Assembly (NCBI GenBank): GCA_043808015.1
Contig: JAZDFI010000014.1
Location: forward strand, 1 to 50,730
From: Candidatus Aenigmatarchaeota archaeon
Lineage (GTDB): Archaea > Aenigmatarchaeota > Aenigmatarchaeia > QMZP01 > QMZT01
Direction: 5' to 3'
DNA length: 50,730 nt
The notes beneath the pieces are model-generated. The model was not told the origin of the DNA. It saw nothing but the letters and a program-made list of their open reading frames with translations, and made no database searches. The position numbers and the translations under genes are program-made. Below are positions 47,078 through 50,730 of this stretch, piece after piece (positions within the stretch are counted from its first letter, which is position 1; the number at the start of each line of letters is the position of its first letter).

Positions 47078-47185
47078 CTTCGCAAAAAGCGTTATGCGCC
47101 TTTCGCGTCTCACCTAATCTTTTTAAGTCTTTTAGTAACTATATAATTATCGTTATTAATGGTTTAATCTCGGGAGGGGTTTGAT

Positions 47186-47536
47186 ATGGTGCTTGAAAAA
47201 CTCAGGAAGAGCCTAGCAAGAGACATGGATACCGACGACATACCGAAGGAAGATTTCATAGAGGTCGGTGTAGAGGAAGCGAAGATGCACGGCAAGATCG
47301 GCATATCCATCGAGAAGCTCGATGATTTCGCGGACACGGACAGGGTTCTGAAAGTCGTGCGAGAAGGATCGCTGGTCTTCCTCAAGATAAAGACGCTTAA
47401 AGAGAAAGACTTGGGCGAACTCAAGAGAGCGGTCGAGAAGCTGAAGAAGACCGTCCTCGCTCAGAACGGCGAGATAATCGGAGTCGAGCAGGACTGGCTG
47501 ATTCTCGCGCCAGAGCACGCCAGAGTCATGAGGTAA
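47186..47536 (+). CDS. sepF: archaeal cell division protein SepF
   Basis: VREGSLV, LKRAVEKLKK, GEIIGV..WLILAP. Confidence 0.88.
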   Translation: MVLEKLRKSLARDMDTDDIPKEDFIEVGVEEAKMHGKIGISIEKLDDFADTDRVLKVVREGSLVFLKIKTLKEKDLGELKRAVEKLKKTVLAQNGEIIGVEQDWLILAPEHARVMR

Positions 47537-47595
47537 AGCCTTTATTTTTGCTTCGCTTTTAATTTTCCATTTTCCGCGGTTTAGAAGAAGTTATA

Positions 47596-49470
47596 TCACT
47601 TCAGCCTGATTACTTCCAGAAGCCTCGGGGCGAGCGTTTCGACCTTGTTGTATTTGTGCAGGTCCCGCGAAAGCTCTAGCGTCGCATATCCGTCGCCGTG
47701 GTTGCATATTATCCTGTCGGGCCTGCTTGCGAGCCTGCTCACGAAGCCAAGGAGTTGTTTCCGGTCCGAGTGGCCGGACAACCCTTCTATCGTATCGACA
47801 GCCATCTCCATGTTTATCGTCCTCGTCTTCCCGCCTGCGGACGATATCGGCGTCTCTCTCCATCCCTTTTGTATTCGCCGGCCCGGCGAACCCTCGGCCT
47901 GGTAGCCGACGAAAAGGAGCGTGTTCTTCTTGTCCGACGCGAACGCCTTAAGATATTCCAGCGCCGGCCCGCCGACGAGCATGCCTGACGTCGCTATCAC
48001 GACGCACGGGTCGGGTGAGCCAATCGCCGCCTCACGTTCTTTAGCGACTGTGACCCTCTTGAAAATGTCGGATATGAACGGGTTCTTGCCGAAATGGAAA
48101 ATCTGCTTCTGCAGGTAGTGCGACAGGTATTCCGGATACGCCGTATGTATCGCAGTCGCGTCCCAAAGCATGCCTTCCATGTAAACAGGATACTTGAAGT
48201 CGTTCGCCGCGAGGATGCACATTATTTCCTGCGCACGACCGACGGCGAATGATGGTATGAGCACCTTGCCGCCGCGGGCCATTGCTTCGTTTACGACGCG
48301 CATGAGCTTTTCTTCTGCTTCCTTTCTCGTCGGCTTCAGGTCGCTCGAGCCGCCGTAGGTCGACTCCGTTATCAGCGTCTCGACGCGCGAGAAATTCGTG
48401 TATGCCGGCTCGAAAAGCCTCGAGGGCCCGTAGAGCAAATCGCCCGTGTAAAGTATGTTGTGCAAACCATCGCCGACGTGCAGGTGCACCAGCGCCGACC
48501 CTAGCAGGTGGCCTGCTGGCTGTAACGTCAGGCGAATGTCGGTAGTCATGTCAGAGACTTCGCCGTATTCCAGTGTGACCGTGTGCTTGACGACCTTCTC
48601 CACCGACTTCTTGGTGTAGGGAACCTTCTTTCCCTCCCTGTGGCAGATGTCGACATAATCTAAGCACAGCAGGACCATTAAGTCTCGTGTGGGCGCAGTG
48701 CAGTAGACCGGTCCTGTATATCCGTTCTCGTACAACCAAGGGACGTATCCGCAGTGGTCGAGGTGCGGGTGTGAAATCACGACGGCGTCGAGCTTGTCAA
48801 TATTGAATTCAGGGACTTCGAAATATGGGAAGTTGTCCGATGCGACGTTGACTCCGCAGTCCAGAAGCACGTTAGATTCCGGCGTCTCGACCAGCATCGC
48901 TGAGCGCCCGACTTCGCGGAAGCCGCCGAGACAGGCGAGCCTTACCCACCGGTCCGTTATTTCCTTTTTAGGCGCGTTTATCTTCTGGCCTATCGAGTTA
49001 AGGAATTTCTTGCGATAGTCGATTTCAGTATGAAGCAGGTTGCGCACAGCACGCACGATCGCGCTCTCGATTGCCGGCGCCCTTTCAATTTTTGGAAGCC
49101 AGAGCGTTTCATTCTTTATCTTCTTGTACGTCTCGCCGCCCTTGCCTATGACCATCCCTGGTTTTTGCGACTCGATGACGACCTTCCCCATCTCCGGCTC
49201 GAAATATATTTCTCGTATGCCCGCGTCTTCGGGGACTATTTCCTTTATCTTTTTCTTCGTCTTCTCCATGTCCATCGTTATCGAAAGGTCGGGACGTATC
49301 TCTATCCTTTTCTTCAGGTTCGAGACCATCTCCCTTACGATGCGGTCATGGTCGCGGAAGAATTCCGGGCTCTTCGTGTAGAGCACGATTTCCGGCCCCT
49401 CGAACTTGACTTCCGTAATCTGGGCTTCCTTGGACAAACTTTTCTGTAATTCCTTCAGAATATCGTTCAT
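47596..49470 (-). CDS. beta-CASP ribonuclease aCPSF1 (FttA)
   Basis: N-terminal KH domains (FEGPEIV, PGMVIGKGG), LGGFREVGRS, SHPHLDH, AGHLLGS, FAVGRAQE, LSGHSD, NHGD. Confidence 0.97.
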   Translation of the reverse strand: MNDILKELQKSLSKEAQITEVKFEGPEIVLYTKSPEFFRDHDRIVREMVSNLKKRIEIRPDLSITMDMEKTKKKIKEIVPEDAGIREIYFEPEMGKVVIESQKPGMVIGKGGETYKKIKNETLWLPKIERAPAIESAIVRAVRNLLHTEIDYRKKFLNSIGQKINAPKKEITDRWVRLACLGGFREVGRSAMLVETPESNVLLDCGVNVASDNFPYFEVPEFNIDKLDAVVISHPHLDHCGYVPWLYENGYTGPVYCTAPTRDLMVLLCLDYVDICHREGKKVPYTKKSVEKVVKHTVTLEYGEVSDMTTDIRLTLQPAGHLLGSALVHLHVGDGLHNILYTGDLLYGPSRLFEPAYTNFSRVETLITESTYGGSSDLKPTRKEAEEKLMRVVNEAMARGGKVLIPSFAVGRAQEIMCILAANDFKYPVYMEGMLWDATAIHTAYPEYLSHYLQKQIFHFGKNPFISDIFKRVTVAKEREAAIGSPDPCVVIATSGMLVGGPALEYLKAFASDKKNTLLFVGYQAEGSPGRRIQKGWRETPISSAGGKTRTINMEMAVDTIEGLSGHSDRKQLLGFVSRLASRPDRIICNHGDGYATLELSRDLHKYNKVETLAPRLLEVIRLK

Positions 49471-49527
49471 TGTATTCGCCTCGTGGATATAAAATTCGCG
49501 CTATGACGCGTCGAAAATATCACTACT

Positions 49528-50157
49528 TCATGCGATCTTTTTGACTTCCTCGTCGCTCAGCGACGTCATGCCTTTCGCGGTTATGACCATGACATCTATG
49601 CCCGAACCACCGGAAGCGATGTCCCTCTGTATGGCTGCCCGTATGGCGTGGACCGCGAGCTTCTTGGTGCTTTCGACGTCTAACCCTTCCTTGAACCTGT
49701 CCTCAAGGACACCGAGCGCCATGACCGAGCCAGAACCGGTGGAAAAATAACTGTCCTCCTCTATCACCGAGCCGCTCGGGTCGAACGAGAAAAGCCTTGG
49801 GGCGGCATCGTATCCGCCTATCAGCAGCTGCACGTAATAAGGATAGTAGCTCCTGGCGTAAAGTATGTTCGCGACTAAAGAGGCGATGGACTTGATGTTC
49901 ATTCTCCTCGATTCCTCGAGCTCATAGAGCTTTATCTCCGCTTTGACGTAGCGCTCCAGCGCCTGTGCGTCTCCCACGCTCCCTGCGATGGTCATGCCCG
50001 CGTGGTCTGCGAGCTTCATTATTTTCTTCGTATTCTTGCTCGCGACAAGGTATCCCATGGTCGCCTTTCGCTCGGCCGCGAGCACGACAAAGTCCTTGCC
50101 CACTATGCCGAGCGTCGTCGTCCCGGTCTGCAGATTCTCAATCTTTCTTTCTGGCAT
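49528..50157 (-). CDS. psmB: proteasome subunit beta
   Basis: Short propeptide then TG|TTT, AGSVGDAQ, TGSGS, RDIASG; upstream of aCPSF1 as is typical in archaea. Confidence 0.97.
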   Translation of the reverse strand: MPERKIENLQTGTTTLGIVGKDFVVLAAERKATMGYLVASKNTKKIMKLADHAGMTIAGSVGDAQALERYVKAEIKLYELEESRRMNIKSIASLVANILYARSYYPYYVQLLIGGYDAAPRLFSFDPSGSVIEEDSYFSTGSGSVMALGVLEDRFKEGLDVESTKKLAVHAIRAAIQRDIASGGSGIDVMVITAKGMTSLSDEEVKKIA

Positions 50158-50283
50158 AATTATCACACATCACTTATACGCATATAACACGGCCCCAATT
50201 GCCGCAACAAAGAACCCGTGCATTCAGAATATTGATATTGTATTAGGAAGGGTATTTAAATATTTTGTCGGCATTGCAAATTA

Positions 50284-50730
50284 CTATTTTTTTATCAATG
50301 TTGATATTTTATCGAAAAGAATATCACCTTCTAACATGTCTTTAAAATCTATTTTATACACCTTTTTAGCAGGTGTGCCGAAATTCTCTATTATTAGCTT
50401 TTCTTTTAATTTTTCGGTCAATTCTATACCGAGAAATGTAAATGACCAACCTTCAGTCATATCTACTCTGTAAACTTTGATTATGTAAATAGGACAATTT
50501 ATATTTTTACTTTCTTTGAGGTAAGCGTCGTAACTGTCGACATTGCATAGGATTATCTTGTTTTCTCCCTTTGTCACTATGGATATTAGATTAACAAAAT
50601 TGTTTGAATCTTCCAAATCTTTCAATTGATTATATTTAACATCAATCAAAACTTTGGGTTTTATAGCATCAGAACAAATGACTAAATCCGGTCTGTTTGG
50701 AGGAAAATTGAAGTTCTTAGAACTTTCATT
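50284..50730 (-). CDS. AT-rich ORF with a PD-(D/E)xK nuclease-like motif (5' truncated by window)
   Basis: Frame open to the window edge: ...NFPPNRPDLVICSDAIKPKVLIDVKYNQ... Confidence 0.6.
   Translation of the reverse strand, partial: NESSKNFNFPPNRPDLVICSDAIKPKVLIDVKYNQLKDLEDSNNFVNLISIVTKGENKIILCNVDSYDAYLKESKNINCPIYIIKVYRVDMTEGWSFTFLGIELTEKLKEKLIIENFGTPAKKVYKIDFKDMLEGDILFDKISTLIKK

Noticed and set aside
1-50730. CRISPR array, rRNA, transposase or integrase
   Set aside because: No regularly spaced direct repeats, rRNA-like segments or recombinase motifs were seen

Overview
Archaeal chromosomal window. Archaeal EF-1alpha, GluRS, proteasome alpha and beta, exosome Rrp4/41/42, RpoP, L37ae, prefoldin beta, aCPSF1 and SepF establish the domain. 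The gene style suggests a DPANN lineage, possibly Aenigmatarchaeota, but that is only an inference. The first ~17 kb is a nearly complete folate-dependent de novo purine cluster (purD, folD, purN, purH, folC, MTHFS, tandem purS, purL, purQ, purE, purC, purB, purM; purF is not in the window). The middle holds housekeeping, transport and protease genes plus several small ORFans. The right end carries the proteasome/exosome superoperon, aCPSF1, psmB and a truncated AT-rich PD-(D/E)xK-like ORF. The most unusual locus is at 40.5-41.4 kb. There an AT-rich, free-standing two-motif LAGLIDADG endonuclease gene reads into a tRNA-Arg(UCG) gene that carries two non-canonical introns, and its stop codon lies inside the first tRNA intron. 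Three small genes missing from the ORF track were found by hand: a CxxC-x17-CxxC protein, a 49-aa four-Cys protein and rpoP. All calls come from motif recognition by eye; no database searches were run.
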